Part shown: positions 17,440 to 30,336 of the stretch, in pieces
How positions within the stretch are numbered: the first letter of the stretch is position 1
Layout: every line of letters begins with the position of its first letter
From: Paraspadella gotoi
Lineage: Eukaryota; Animalia; Chaetognatha
Assembly: GCA_051294375.1 (NCBI GenBank)
Contig: CM119270.1
Span: 19,665,741 to 19,729,729 of the forward strand
DNA: 63,989 nt
Direction: 5' to 3'
Notes under the pieces: generated by a model
Databases searched by the model: none
What the model was told of the DNA's origin: nothing
Seen by the model: the letters and a program-made list of their open reading frames with translations, nothing else
Made by a program: the position numbers and the translations under genes

Positions 17440-18001
17440 CTTCTCTCTCTCACTGTTTTTAATACAATTACCTTTGATTTTTTTCAGAAAAACAAACTTT
17501 CTGCTAGCATCATCACTTACATCAACACAGAGCTGGAATTCTCAAAATTTCTTCAAACGGTAACTATGAATTTTAAAATATTCTGTAGAAATATTAAAAT
17601 ATTTAATGACTTAAAAAACTAAGACAATTGTACAATGTACATTTGCGTCGATAAGTTGAGTGTTAATCTCACGCGTCTTGTTTCATATTCTTCGTTGCAA
17701 TTATTTTTTTTTCTTTCGATCACGTAACCATCTCGGTTTTTCCTTTCACGTGATCAAATCTTTGGTTGATTCGAGCCCCGGGCTGCTCTGTCGCGGTCTG
17801 TCTGTCTTTCTGTTTTGTCTGTCAGTCAGATTGCTTAAAAAAATGTAAAATTGTCAAAAGGTGCGTTGACCTAATTAGTATTTATATTTTATTGGATTGA
17901 ATACGGATCGTGCAAAGGCCGCATCTACAAGAGACAGACGAGAGAAAGATGAGAGAAGAGAGAATGAGCGAGAGAGCACGAGAGGAGATGAGAGAGAGAG
18001 A

Positions 18002-18046
<45 letters not shown>

Positions 18047-18384
18047 TCTGTCTGTGTATGGAGAGGGAGGGAGGGCCATTTAGCGCGCAAACGGTCACGC
18101 CTCAAGTTCACATCGTCTTCTCCCTCAAAATTGTTCCTTTTTTTCGAGGACGGACGTTAGGGTCAGGAGAGGTGGAGACGAAAGAGGGAGAGGGAGAGAG
18201 AGATGGAGACTGAGAGAGAAAAGAGACAGAGAGACGGATGTGAGCAGGAAAGGACAGAGGACAGAGACAGAGACAGAGACAGAGACAAAGAGAGGGAAAG
18301 AGTTCTTTCATCCTCGTTTTGGCCAATCAAGGTTACATGGAAAAGGAGATCGTTTGAGCCGTTTGGAGAAAGATGATTGATGTG

Positions 18385-18770
18385 AAATGAGTGATTATGT
18401 TGATTGAGTTATTACGTGATTTACTGAGTGACTTGATGATAAGTGACTTTGATGTGATTGAGTGATTATGTGATTACTGGTGATTGAGTGATTGAGTTAT
18501 TATGTGATTTACTTGATGTGATTTGAGTGATTGAGTTATTATTGATTTACTGAGTGATTGGAGTTGATTTGAAGTGATTATTGTGATTACTGAGTTGATG
18601 AGTTATTGAGTTATTTATGTGATTTACTGAGTGATTTGAGTATTTGAGTGATTATGTGATTTACTGAGTGATTGAGTGATTGAGTTATTTAGTGATTTTA
18701 CTGAGTGATTGAGTGATTGAGTGATTATGTGATTTACTGAGTGATTGAGTGATGAGTTAATGACGTGATT
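18385..18770 (+). repeat. GTGATTGA-based satellite (~28-bp higher-order unit GAGTGATTGAGTGATTATGTGATTTACT); copy at 32860-33205
   Basis: Visible tandem array. Confidence 0.85.
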
Positions 18771-20086
18771 GAAACATTTGATCGATTAAATAATATAGAG
18801 ATTTGGGCCGAAGGACGAATCAAATTATCGTGTATGGGAAGCGAAAAAGTTAAATTTATCCTAAATATCAAATACGATGGTTGGATTTAATTAGTATGAA
18901 GAGAGAAAAAAATTATTTAGAATTTTTAGAGCTCGATAATCATTAAACTTCATGATTTTAATAAAAAAATAGCTCATTAATAATTTCTCAGAGTTAGCCT
19001 CGGAATTAAATACATTTTTGTTCTTGGAAATCGAGACTTAATGTCTCATATCAGAAATAGAACCAGGACATTCGAGAGCATTTGACCAATCTCCATCAAA
19101 CCGAAACGATTGGGAAATCGAAAAGAGCTTGGAGCCTCGACTCCAAGATTTCCTTTATTACTCTCTTCCTCGCCCTCTTTTCTCAACGTTCTTTTATTAA
19201 TTTTTTTCTTTTTAACCCATTATCCCTTCTATACTTCTCTCACTTTCCTCTTTTCCTTCTTTACTCTCTCTTCTCTTCTTATTTCCTATCTTAATATCCG
19301 CTCGTGATTTGGACGATGTATAAGCGCCGTCGCCTTTCGTGGGTGAAGAGCGATGATTGGGTCGAGTCGATGTGGAGGTGAGTGAAGCTAGGTTATAGTT
19401 ACTTGATGAGAGCGAGGGTTGGGTAAGGCGGGAGAGATCGAAGCAAGTGAGGGCCGGGCCCGTGGTAATGGACGCCGCCGGGTCGGAAAGCGAATATGCA
19501 AAATGAATTGGCGTTTCTCTTTGGCGGCCGCGGAGGAGACCCCGAGTTCGAAAACGCGGGGTGGACGAAGAGAGAGAGAGAGACGAGAGAGAGATGAGAA
19601 AAGAGGAGAGAGAGACGATGAGAGAGAGAGAGAGAGAGAAGAGAGAGAGAGTGAGAGAGAGAAAAGAGAGAGAAGGATAGGGTTTCTAAGGGGCGTCGAT
19701 TAGTCCTTTGTTGTTGTTGTTTTGTCGACGGAGGCCGGACTTTCCCTTGGAGGGAAGAGAGAGGAGGAGGGAGGCGCCCGCGTCGGGCCGCCTGGAGCAA
19801 GGCTATGAGCTTCGTTGACCCCGGAGTGACCCGATTGGCACGGCCTGGGGTCTTTTATGTCCATCGGAAAAGGGGATTGCCTTGAAAGGATTGCGGATTC
19901 AGAAAATGAACTCTATTCATTATCATCATCGGCTGTTTTTTTTATCTTCAAAAACTTTTATACCGACGTTACTAACATCGAATGTTCTATAATTTCATTA
20001 TTTCAGTATTCATATCTCATATTACCGCAAAAACTGAAATTCTCTTGATCAAATCAAATCCCTCTCGCTCTCATCTTCTCTCTCTC

Positions 20087-20117
<31 letters not shown>

Positions 20118-20125
20118 GCTCTCTC

Positions 20126-20175
<50 letters not shown>

Positions 20176-22609
20176 GATTAACCCATATGAGATGCGTAAA
20201 AAATACAAACTTCGTTGTCATCCACCTTAAATTTCTCGCAACCCAAAGATTTTAAGCTTACCACAGCCAAACTAACTATCTGCCGCCACCGTACGATTTA
20301 CCCACAGCTGCTTCGAGGAATGATTTACCCACAGTCGCCGCCGGCCTACGATTTTACCCCACTGCTTTTGCAGTTGGGAAAAAAAATCGCGAATCGATTC
20401 CCCAGAGGATTTTTCGTTTTTTGCGCGGGGCGCGGGGGCGGTGGGTTTAGGGGGAGGGTGAGGTTAGGGAGGAGAGAGAGAGAAAGCGGGGAACGGGCAG
20501 AAAGTGAAGCCGATAGAAAACTGCGCGCGTTTTGAAAAATGCTTTTGGTAAGGAATGTGTCCCAGCGGAAAGATGCGCGTTTGCGACCGACTGCAGGTGT
20601 TCATCGAAAAAAAAATTGTCATTGGTTAGGATTTGAACATGGCAAACATATTTTAAATCTGTTAGAAAGGTACGGGTTACTGCCAGTTAATATTATTATT
20701 TCAAACTACTATTGTTATTAATTTTTTTTAAAACAAGTGGGACTTTGGCCGAATTTTGCAGTTTACCAATACCGCCGATTATTTCTTTGTGATGTGAACT
20801 TTTTCTGATAGATACACTTGTGATATCAACGATTTTACTTTTTCGTGATAAAGACTTCCTTTTGTGAGAGAGTGATTGTACTTTTTTTGATAAAGACTTT
20901 CTTTTGTGAAAGAGTGATTGTACTTTTGTGATAAAGACTTCCTTTTGTTGAGAGAAAGCGATTTGTACTTTTGTGATAAAAGACTTCCTTTGTGAGATAG
21001 CGATCGGTATTTTGTTGATTAAAGACTTCCTTTGGAGATAGCGATTGTACTTCAGTGACACAGCGCCTGCGAGGGTTTCACGCGTCGACGATCGGAGAGA
21101 GAAAATTACGAGACGGCGGGTCGCGGTCGTCTTGTTGTGTTGTCGTTGTTGTTTTTTAAAGTCATCGTCGTTGTCGTTCGTCGTTTTAGATTTGACCGAG
21201 GGAAAGATTTAACATTTTAAGCGCACCATCTCCCATATATCATCAATCCTTATTGTTATTTTGATGTCAACGAGTAGATCAGCGAAAAAACTCACTCATC
21301 ACGTCGTCGTCGTTCATTGTTCGTCGGTCGTCGTTAAGAAATCACACCTCACCAGTTTCACTTTCAAGCGTCAATGTTTCACTGTCGTCGCGGTTTTTGT
21401 AATCAATGTCATCGCGTCGTCGGCTGTCATAGCTTCTATCATTTTCCTAACCTCCCCTTCCACCTTTACCCCTTTTCTCTTTTTCCACTGATATTCCCTT
21501 CCCTTTCCTCCTCCCTTTCTCCCCCCACTCCTCTTCCTCTCCCTTCTCTTCCCTCTCCCTCTCTCCCCCTCCCTCCCCCTTTCTCCCCCCGCCCCCCTTC
21601 TAGCACCCGACGAGGGGGGAGAAACCAATTTCTGGCACCAAAAGGACTCCGACGTCTTTTGTCATGGAAATTGTTTTTTTTTCTTGGATCCTGGTTGAGT
21701 GCGAAGCGCCCGTCCTGTCGTGAGACGACGAGACTAGAAAAAAACCCGATGCTCTTTTTTTTTCACTCAGTGTGCGCGCGAATTTTTTTTCTTTACTAGA
21801 TGGCGCATTTTCGGTGGAAAGGCAGAGCCAGATATTTTTTCGTAAACGCTGTATAGTTATTGTTTATTACATTACATATTATATATAAATATATATCATT
21901 AAATATATCATTTAATATATTGCAATATTCATATGAGTTTCATTAAGGTTCATGTTGGCTTTGTTAAATTATGTCAGTAAGGAATTTCTGTTTTCAAGGA
22001 TTGCCTTAGGAAAAACTGTTCTCCTAACATTTTTAATTAAAATTATCCCAAAACGAAAAAAAAAGCAAAACTTTTTATAGCTTTAGTAAAAATTTTTTTG
22101 TCTCTGGCAAAGAAAAAAAAAATTTCAATGTTTCCCGCGATTTTTTTTTCAAGATTTTTTTTACCAGAAAATCTCTTTAACTTTTCGCGGTTTTTTAATC
22201 CCCGTCTTTCATTCAAAAATTCATCTTTTGTTCATCTCATCGTAACTTTTTTAAGGTTTTTTATCTTTTCTTCGCGGACGACGGAAAAAATACGGGAAAA
22301 AAGTTAACTAAAAAACTAAAAAACTAAAAACTAAAAACTAAAATAAAAACTGAAGACATTTTGAACCATGGATATAGTATAAAAATTATAAAGAATTATA
22401 AGATTTGGTTGATTTTGGCACACGCCAAGTTTTATTTACAAAAATTAGTAAATATCGGAAAGCAGCAAGCGATGAAAAGACTCTGTCTCTATCTCTGTCT
22501 CTATCTCAAGAGATGACGACTCTTGTCTCTTATCTTGGACAGATTTATAATTAATTACTTTTCAATTCGGCGGAGAAGGAAATGTATCCACGACGGGTAT
22601 GAGATTATT

Positions 22610-22745
22610 TTTATCAAGCCATGACCGGCAAAGCCGGTTCAGGCTTGATATTCATTCGGGTGAGCTTCTTTTGAACGTAGTCGTCGTCCGTTTCGTCCGT
22701 GTCCGTACGCTGTTTTTCCATAATAAAAACTACTACGCTTTATAG
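22610..22745. mobile_element. Left end of a Helentron/HINE (DINE-1/pearl-like) non-autonomous element
   Basis: T-run, then hairpin TATCAAGCCATGACCGGC-AAA-GCCGGTTCAGGCTTGATA (22612-22650), then a GTCGTCGTCCGT..GTCCGT microsatellite-like tract; this layout is typical of HINE ends. Confidence 0.5.
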
Positions 22746-23536
22746 GTTGGCTGTGACTTACCGTTTTTTTAAAATAAAAATTATTATGAATTTATGATTA
22801 AAGTTTTACAAAAGTGTGATTCCATAGTAAGTTAAAAATTTAGATATGCTTTCTCATCTTGAAATAGCTTTGATATTTTCTTATTACATTTGGATTTAAG
22901 TATTTTTTGTTTGAATTTCCACTTCATTATAATTTACTGCCAATATGCCAAATAAGCATTTATATTTACTCATTTATTTTTTCATATCCAAATTAGTATA
23001 TAGAAATGCCTTTAAATCTAATTTACATATTGCCAGATATAATTATTGAAGAGAAATTCAAAAAATTTATTTTAAATCTCTATTTTAATAAAAAATGCGA
23101 AACTCAAAAGTTAACTTTTTAATGAGGAAGCATATCTAATTTAATACAATAAAAAATAAAATCTTTTACAAAGCTGCGATTGGAAAAAATTGGAAAAAAT
23201 TTCAAATTGTAAACCATTGTAACATTTTTTTGCCTTTCTTTTATTTATTTTATTCTTTTTATTTCAGAAAAAACGAGTTCAGTTTCTTGCACTGACTGTA
23301 CAGCGGCCTTCAAGCAGCTGTCCAGCTTTGTCTCTCTTTCTCTCTCTTTCTCTCTCTCTCTTTCTTTCTCTTTCTGTCTTCTTTCTTCTCTTTTCGATCT
23401 TTTGCCTGTTCGTTCTTTTTGAAAAATTATTGATTATGTTTTTCTTTCTTTTATGTATATACTCTCTTTTCGTTGTTTTGAGGTATTAGGAAAACAGTTT
23501 TGTTGACACACGATTTATTTGACACAATTTTTTAGT

Positions 23537-23580
23537 ACAGACATGTTTCGGCTCTTTTCATCTAGAGCCTTCATCAGTGT
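23537..23580 (-). ncRNA. Minimal type I hammerhead ribozyme (Penelope-like-element type), core complete
   Basis: Minus strand reads ACA-CUGAUGA-A-GGCUCU-AGAUGAAA-AGAGCC-GAAAC-AU-GUC/UGU: stem I ACA:UGU, conserved CUGAUGA and GAAA boxes, 6-bp stem II, palindromic ACAUGU mini stem III, GUC cleavage triplet (predicted cut between 23540 and 23539). Confidence 0.85.
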
Positions 23581-23875
23581 TTGAACAATCAATATTTTGT
23601 CTCTGTTGAAGTAAGTTTTTGATAGAGAGAAAGAGGGAGAGAGAGAGAGAGAAAAATTGAGGGAGAATTCCAAACAAAGAATAGGTAAGGGACAGTGGTC
23701 AGAGATGTGAGGACAGCTGAAGGTGAGGAGAGGGAAGAAGTAAGTCTTTTGAAAAATGAAATGAAGTGGGAGAGAGAGAGATGAAGAGCAAAGCAAAAAC
23801 TTACTTCAACAGAGACAAAATATTGATTGTCAAACCACTGATGAAGGCTCTAAAATGAAAAGAGCACGAAACATG
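23542..23875. mobile_element. Inverted-repeat cassette carrying two hammerheads; probable Penelope-like pseudo-LTR remnant
   Basis: ~80-bp arms 23542-23621 and 23794-23875 are reverse complements (..GTCTCTGTTGAAGTAAGTTTTTG / CAAAAACTTACTTCAACAGAGAC..) around a 172-bp GA-rich spacer; AATAAA about 20 nt downstream of the minus-strand cleavage site in this copy. Confidence 0.6.
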
Positions 23876-23876
23876 G
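23835..23876 (+). ncRNA. Hammerhead ribozyme core, inverted partner copy, 3'-truncated
   Basis: CUGAUGA-A-GGCUCU-AAAAUGAAA-AGAGC(A)C-GAAAC-AUG; similarity to the minus-strand copy stops after GAAACAUG, so the GUC and the 3' strand of stem I are missing. Confidence 0.7.
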
Positions 23877-24814
23877 TTTTTCTTTCTTAAAAACTTTATT
23901 CGGGGCTTTTTTTCTTCAATACAAAATCCCCAAATTTACATTCCGAGATTTTTCGTGGATACATTTTTAAAAAAGTGAAGGAATAACTTATATTGGACAT
24001 GCATTGTCAACATATAAATCAAGCTAATGTGACTTATTATATATGGCAGCACTTTCGCCAAACAATATTGCATTAAAATTTTAAAAAAAATAAATTTTGT
24101 AATTTATTTATATATTTGTAACTTTGAAACGGGTTGGCCACTATTGGCAAATTAATATCTTAAAATAGGAGTTGATAAGATAGATATTTAGTCAAATTAA
24201 ACATTACTTTTGTTAATTCTGATTAATTTATTTACTATTATTTAAATTTTATAAATATTTTTTAGTGTATATAATATTAATCATTTTATCTTTTTTTTTA
24301 AATATAATTATGAGTTGTGATAACTTATTTATAAATTAAATTAAATATGCAAATATAAAATTTTGACCTCCGATCTGGGTTTCTTCCTAAAAAAAGACAA
24401 TCAAAAATATTCATTCAAGATTAAAATTTTTTAAAAATGAGGAAATAAAATTTTTTTTGATTAAGTAAAAAAAAAATATTTTGTAAGTCAAAAAATAAAT
24501 CATAAGGGGGGTTCCGGGTTTAAACTGAGGGTAAATTTTTCCAAAAAATATATATTTTTGTTAATAGAATATAATTTTTGGTCATTTATTATTGAAATAA
24601 ATTTTTTTTCTTCTGAATAGGGGTAGCCCCTCTTCAATGGAGGTTGAATCAAAAATTTAGTATGGGAAACAATGCTCAAACGAAAATTTATGCATTTTAA
24701 GTATACTTCAATGTACAAAAAGTTCTTATTATGGCCTCTATACCCAAATATTTATTTTGTTAATATTTTTTTATAGAAAGGAAAGAGTTTCGTCCCTACT
24801 CATATTTTCGTCGC

Positions 24815-24883
24815 GAAAATGAGTTCAGCTCTGCAGCGGCGCGTCAGCGCGTTCCAGCGGGGCGTCCAGCTTCTCTCTCTCTC

Positions 24884-24940
<57 letters not shown>

Positions 24941-25328
24941 CCTTCTAAAAACTTTTATTTATCGCCATTTATTCGCCGCCTTTTTCTCAATACAAAATCC
25001 CAAATTTTACATCGAGATTTTCGTAGATTTTTTCTTGGGGTGTGCATCGTTCTAAACTACTTAGTATTTTTAAATTAAATTTGCGCTACCGATCGACAGG
25101 AAATTAAAAATATTATCTACATGCAAAATTTTATCAAATCGGATAATTCGTTCAAAAGTTATGCCAGATAAACGATCGCCGAAAATCGCGCTTCGAAACC
25201 GATCAACTTTCGTTTAAAATCGAACTCGTTTTGATCCAACAAAGATTCTACTACGCGTAGTTTTAAGCTTTTTAAACTGGGCGAATCCGCTTTAGGCGCG
25301 ACCGGGGCCTCGTAGGCGGTAATCTAAA
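24815..25328. mobile_element. Helitron/Helentron-like body and right end
   Basis: 24815-25035 resembles 23272-23345 joined to 23880-23965; contains CATGCAAAATTTTATCAAATCGGATAATTCGTTCAAAAGTTATG; ends with GC-rich hairpin ACCG..GCCT-CGT-AGGC-GGT (25301-25320) followed by AATCTAA. Confidence 0.35.
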
Positions 25329-28283
25329 AGAAAAAACGTCAAAGAAGGGGAAATTAGGACAATTAAAAAAATAATTATTACAGAAAGGAAAGACCAATTC
25401 ATAAAAAAACCCAAAACTAAAGTTATCTTGTACTTAAATTTAGAATTATTCTGCCTTTATAAACGAATGAAGAAGACGGCGGACCAGCCACGAAATATTT
25501 ATACCATTTTTTAATTTACTTGAAAAACAAAAATCGCAAAAAAATCATGTAGTATTGTAGAGAATATGGCCCCTTTCCCCCTTATTTATTTTGTTTGCCT
25601 TTGTTTTACCGTTTTCTGCCGTTTAGATTTCGCTTTTCTTTTCTTTAGGAGATTTACTCCTCTTTCTTTTTTACCAGGGATATTCTAGGCCCATTAGTAC
25701 TTATGACTTTTCCCTCCGGTCATCAACTGCCTTCTAGTAACTCGATCACACCCAGTGACAATACCCACGGCCGGTACGGGCTCACGTCGCCGACTTACGG
25801 CCGCGAACCGGCCGACTTCCGTCATCACGGCGATCGACGTCTTCGAAGCCACGCGCAACGGCGTCAGACGCGGCCACGATCCATTTCCGGGAATCGTCTT
25901 GCCGGGGGGCGGAGGAGGACTACTATTTATATTTCATTTATAAAAAATTATATTCTTAATTTACATTTTCGTTACAAAAATAAAAATGACTAACTAGACC
26001 AAAAACTAAATGATTAAATAGTATATTAAATAGCTAAATTAATAAAAGCGGGGTGTGGACGCTAAAATAACAGGGGATTTATCCAAAACCAAACATTCAT
26101 TAGGATACTATTATAATGAAGAACATATACAAACGCCCGATTTCATCTTTAAATTCGGATTTATTATTTGTTTTTTTTAATCATTAAAGACTAAATCGGT
26201 ATGTTTAAAATATGATTCGGTAATGGCGCAAGGTGAGTGATTATAAGTTACGTGAATAGGCTTTGAGAGCTAAGGTAAATAAACTTAAGGGTTTACAGTT
26301 AGGGTTAAGGACTAGGTCAAAAGATTTAGATGAAAAGTTAAGGGCATTGGGCTTATATAAATTTAATTTTACTTTAAATTTTAAGGAATAAAATTAAATT
26401 TTTACGATAAAAAACCCAAAATTTGTAGCCTTATGTAAAAATGACATACAAATATATTTAATTTTTTTTTATTAATAAAGAATATTAATATTTATGAAAT
26501 TGGTACAACCAATATAAAATTATCCATTCATTTACTAAATTAAGAAAGCAGGTTGTTGACAACTAAAAAGACAAAGGATCAACGATTATATAAAAAAAAA
26601 AATATTAAAAAAAAAAATAACTTATTATGTTAACTTTTAATCTTAGTAATTAAGGTAACCTAATATTATTAAAATAAATTTAGCGTTAAATATTAATGTT
26701 AAAATTAAATAACTGGAATACAAGAACAGAAATTTGGCATTTATGCAAAATTAAAATTACATAATAAAATTTTATGATTCAAAGGCCCTGTAATTTTACC
26801 AGCTTAGAGATGCCGATCGTTCCAGTCAAAATTTTTAAAATAACTATTTAATACCCGGGACGTATTGAAAATCTGTTTGGAAGAAAGAAAGAAAAACATG
26901 GTCCAAAACTTCATTCTCTGAATTAAAAATCTATCTAACTAGCTATTTTACATGTTTTAACCCGGCCATCTCCCACACTAAGGTATGATATAATAGATAA
27001 ATATAAGTAAATAATGAAATAATATTTTTTTAAATCATATAATCATTCCAGTCACAATTTAATATAATTAATTAGATTAATTAATTAATTAATTATATTT
27101 GATGTTTAGTATAATTAACCATATTTTGGATCGACCAAAACATTTTGATTGACAAAAACATTGGATACGACGAAAAAAACCCAAGTTGCATTTATAATTT
27201 ATACATTATATTATGCAAACCTATATTATAATCATAAAAGTCATGCCAACTTAAAAAATTTTGAATAAACAAAGAACATTTGAAATAGAAAAACACTTTT
27301 TGATATCATATCAAGTGTATATAATTGATGTAACATTATATATAGAACTAGTTAGTTACTATCAAAGTCATATCCTTTAGATACAAGTTTGAAAAAGAAA
27401 TCCACTCAGTTGAGGGCAATATAGAAGAGAAGGAGATTGAGAATTTGCAGAGAAATAAGATTTCAAGATAATTTCACCTGATGCAAAAAATTTCAAACCT
27501 AATCATCTGATTTCCTCTCACAAGCAGTCAGTTCTCCTCTCTCTCTCTCTCTTTCACATTTACAAACGCCGGTCTCTCTCTTTTTTCCCCCTTTACATTT
27601 CCTTTTACAAGTATATATTTAATCTATTATTTTAAATGATTAATCTAAAATACCTTAAGTTGTTTCTCAAACGAACTTATATAAATATTTAATCACATGC
27701 TTCCAAAAAATTACATTTCATCTCTCTCTTTTCCCGCCTTTTTTTCTCTCCCCCATCGAGAGAACGGATTCCACTGATGGATGATAATTCAGTTCCATTC
27801 GATTCGCGCTGACATCAGACGAGACCTCTCTCNNNNNNNNNNNNNNNNNNNNNNNNNNNNNNNNNNNNNNNNNNNNNNNNNNNNNNNNNNNNNNNNNNNN
27901 NNNNNNNNNNNNNNNNNNNNNNNNNNNNNNNNNNNNNNNNNNNNNNNNNNNNNNNNNNNNNNNNNNNNNNNNNTGTTTCTCTCTTGCTTTTCTTCTTTCT
28001 CACCTTTGGTAGTTTTTTTGTTGTAATTTTTCATTACTGTCTATTTTTCTGTCGTTTTCTCGCCTTCTCTATCTATTTTTTTTTAATTTCCTGTCTACTT
28101 TCTGTCCTCTTAGTGTATGTATTTTTTTAAGTAACCTTGTCTATCCGTCTGTTAGTTGCTTTCTTAGTATTTATTTTTATTTATCTTTATGTATTTTTTT
28201 TCCTTTTTATTGATTTCCTCTCACTCTTTCCTCTCTTGCTTTTTCTCTTCTTTCTTTCTGTCTCTCTCTCCCTCCCCCTTTCT

Positions 28284-28381
<98 letters not shown>

Positions 28382-28762
28382 ATTGACAATATCACCCATC
28401 TCGCTAATGCGCCTCGATTGTTCGAGTGACGTTAGCAATGTCCGCCTAATGGCGCCATCTATGAAAAGCCAGCGGAAAATGACGGCGAAGAAAGGTTTTT
28501 TGTAATGATTATGAATCTCGGTCGGAGCCTGCTATATTTAAATTGTTTGAATACGTTGGTTAAACTTAAACTAAAGCTAAAACTAAAATACGGTGCACTT
28601 GAGAACGTAAAAATAAAAATTCTTGTGAAACTTATATTAAATATTACAAATAATCATAAATAAATGAGAAAAAAGAATCAGTATGCTAATTTAAGTCATG
28701 CTCGATGAACGGAAAGCATGTTATTGACCTCGTTCTTTCCTCTCTCTCTCTCTCTCTCTTCT

Positions 28763-28824
<62 letters not shown>

Positions 28825-29786
28825 CTCTCTCTCATACGGTTACAATAATCAAAAATGTTAATGAATCCTTTCTTTTTCCTTGATTAACCGTCGCGAGGGG
28901 AAGACGGTTTCCATGGAAACAGGCAGCGAGAGGATGAAAACAATTTTATTTTTTTTCTGTTTTTAATCAATGATGTTCGGCCTCGATCAATGATTATCTC
29001 TCTCCGGCTTCGTTTTTTTTTTTTTTTTTTTTTTTTATTAATTTTTCATTATTATCTATTTAGAGATAAGACTCTTGACGAAGAGGCGGTTTGCTTTTTT
29101 TTTTTAATGCGTCACCGCATCCGTGTAAGAATACTTCTTTGGCGATCGATAGGTTATATTTTTAATAATGAATACAACGATTATTTATATATTATAAAAA
29201 ATAATTAAAACTATGTTCGGATTTTAAGATTAATGATTTAGAAATTAACGGTTATTAGACAACTGCTTATATAAATAAATGGATTGGGCGTTGCATATCT
29301 GGACAAGAAGAGACACTCGTTCGTCTTTTCTCATTATCGATTATTCTCTGTGGTAAAGAGACGTTTGTTTTTTTAAGGACGAGAAATGAATAAAAAATTA
29401 GGAATGAAATGAAGAGAAAATGAAGAGAAAATGAATAATTCAACGACGGTTTTGATATGTTTATAGATGAAATAATAGTAGTGTTAAATAGATACATATA
29501 CTTTATTTATAATCATGTTTCAAAAATTTGGCAGAGTAGAACTAAATAAAAACAAATTGTTTATCAAATTCGTCACTAGAAAAAAATTTATCTTCAAATG
29601 ACGTCATTATAAAATGAAAAAGATAATAACCTCATCAGTGACAAGACTATCACAAGAAATGAGAAATATCGTACAACCGATAAGAAAAACCCGGCCGAAG
29701 ATAGAAACGTTTTTTCTTTGAGTCAGAATCGAAAACTCAATTCCCGACACTTGTCAACCATTTTGTTATGACGGCTTTTCTTCAGC

Positions 29787-29865
<79 letters not shown>

Positions 29866-30270
29866 ATGTCCAGCTTTCGTCTGGTTTTCGTGCTCTTGTT
29901 TCTAGGCATTTGTGTTGTGTTTCTTCTTTTTTTCTTCTTCTTACATTTTCGTCGCTTTCTCCTTTGTTTTCATCCTCTCCTGACTTTTCTTCGTCTCCTA
30001 CTTTAATTTTCATGTCTTCTTCTTTTTCTCATTCTCTGCATCATCTTTTCCGTCGTTCCGCGCATCAAACGACGAGAGAAAATCGAAAAAGAAACTAAAA
30101 AAGAAAAATAAATAAACCAACTAACAATATTTTTATAATTTCTTTTGTGTTCAATTTTTGTTTTGTTTTTTTTTATAAAATTTTATTTGTCTTGATTTTA
30201 CGATTATTCTGTTGCTCCGAAAAATACGACACGCAAACTAAAAACATCCAGATATCTCTTAAAAATTCTT

Positions 30271-30336
<66 letters not shown>

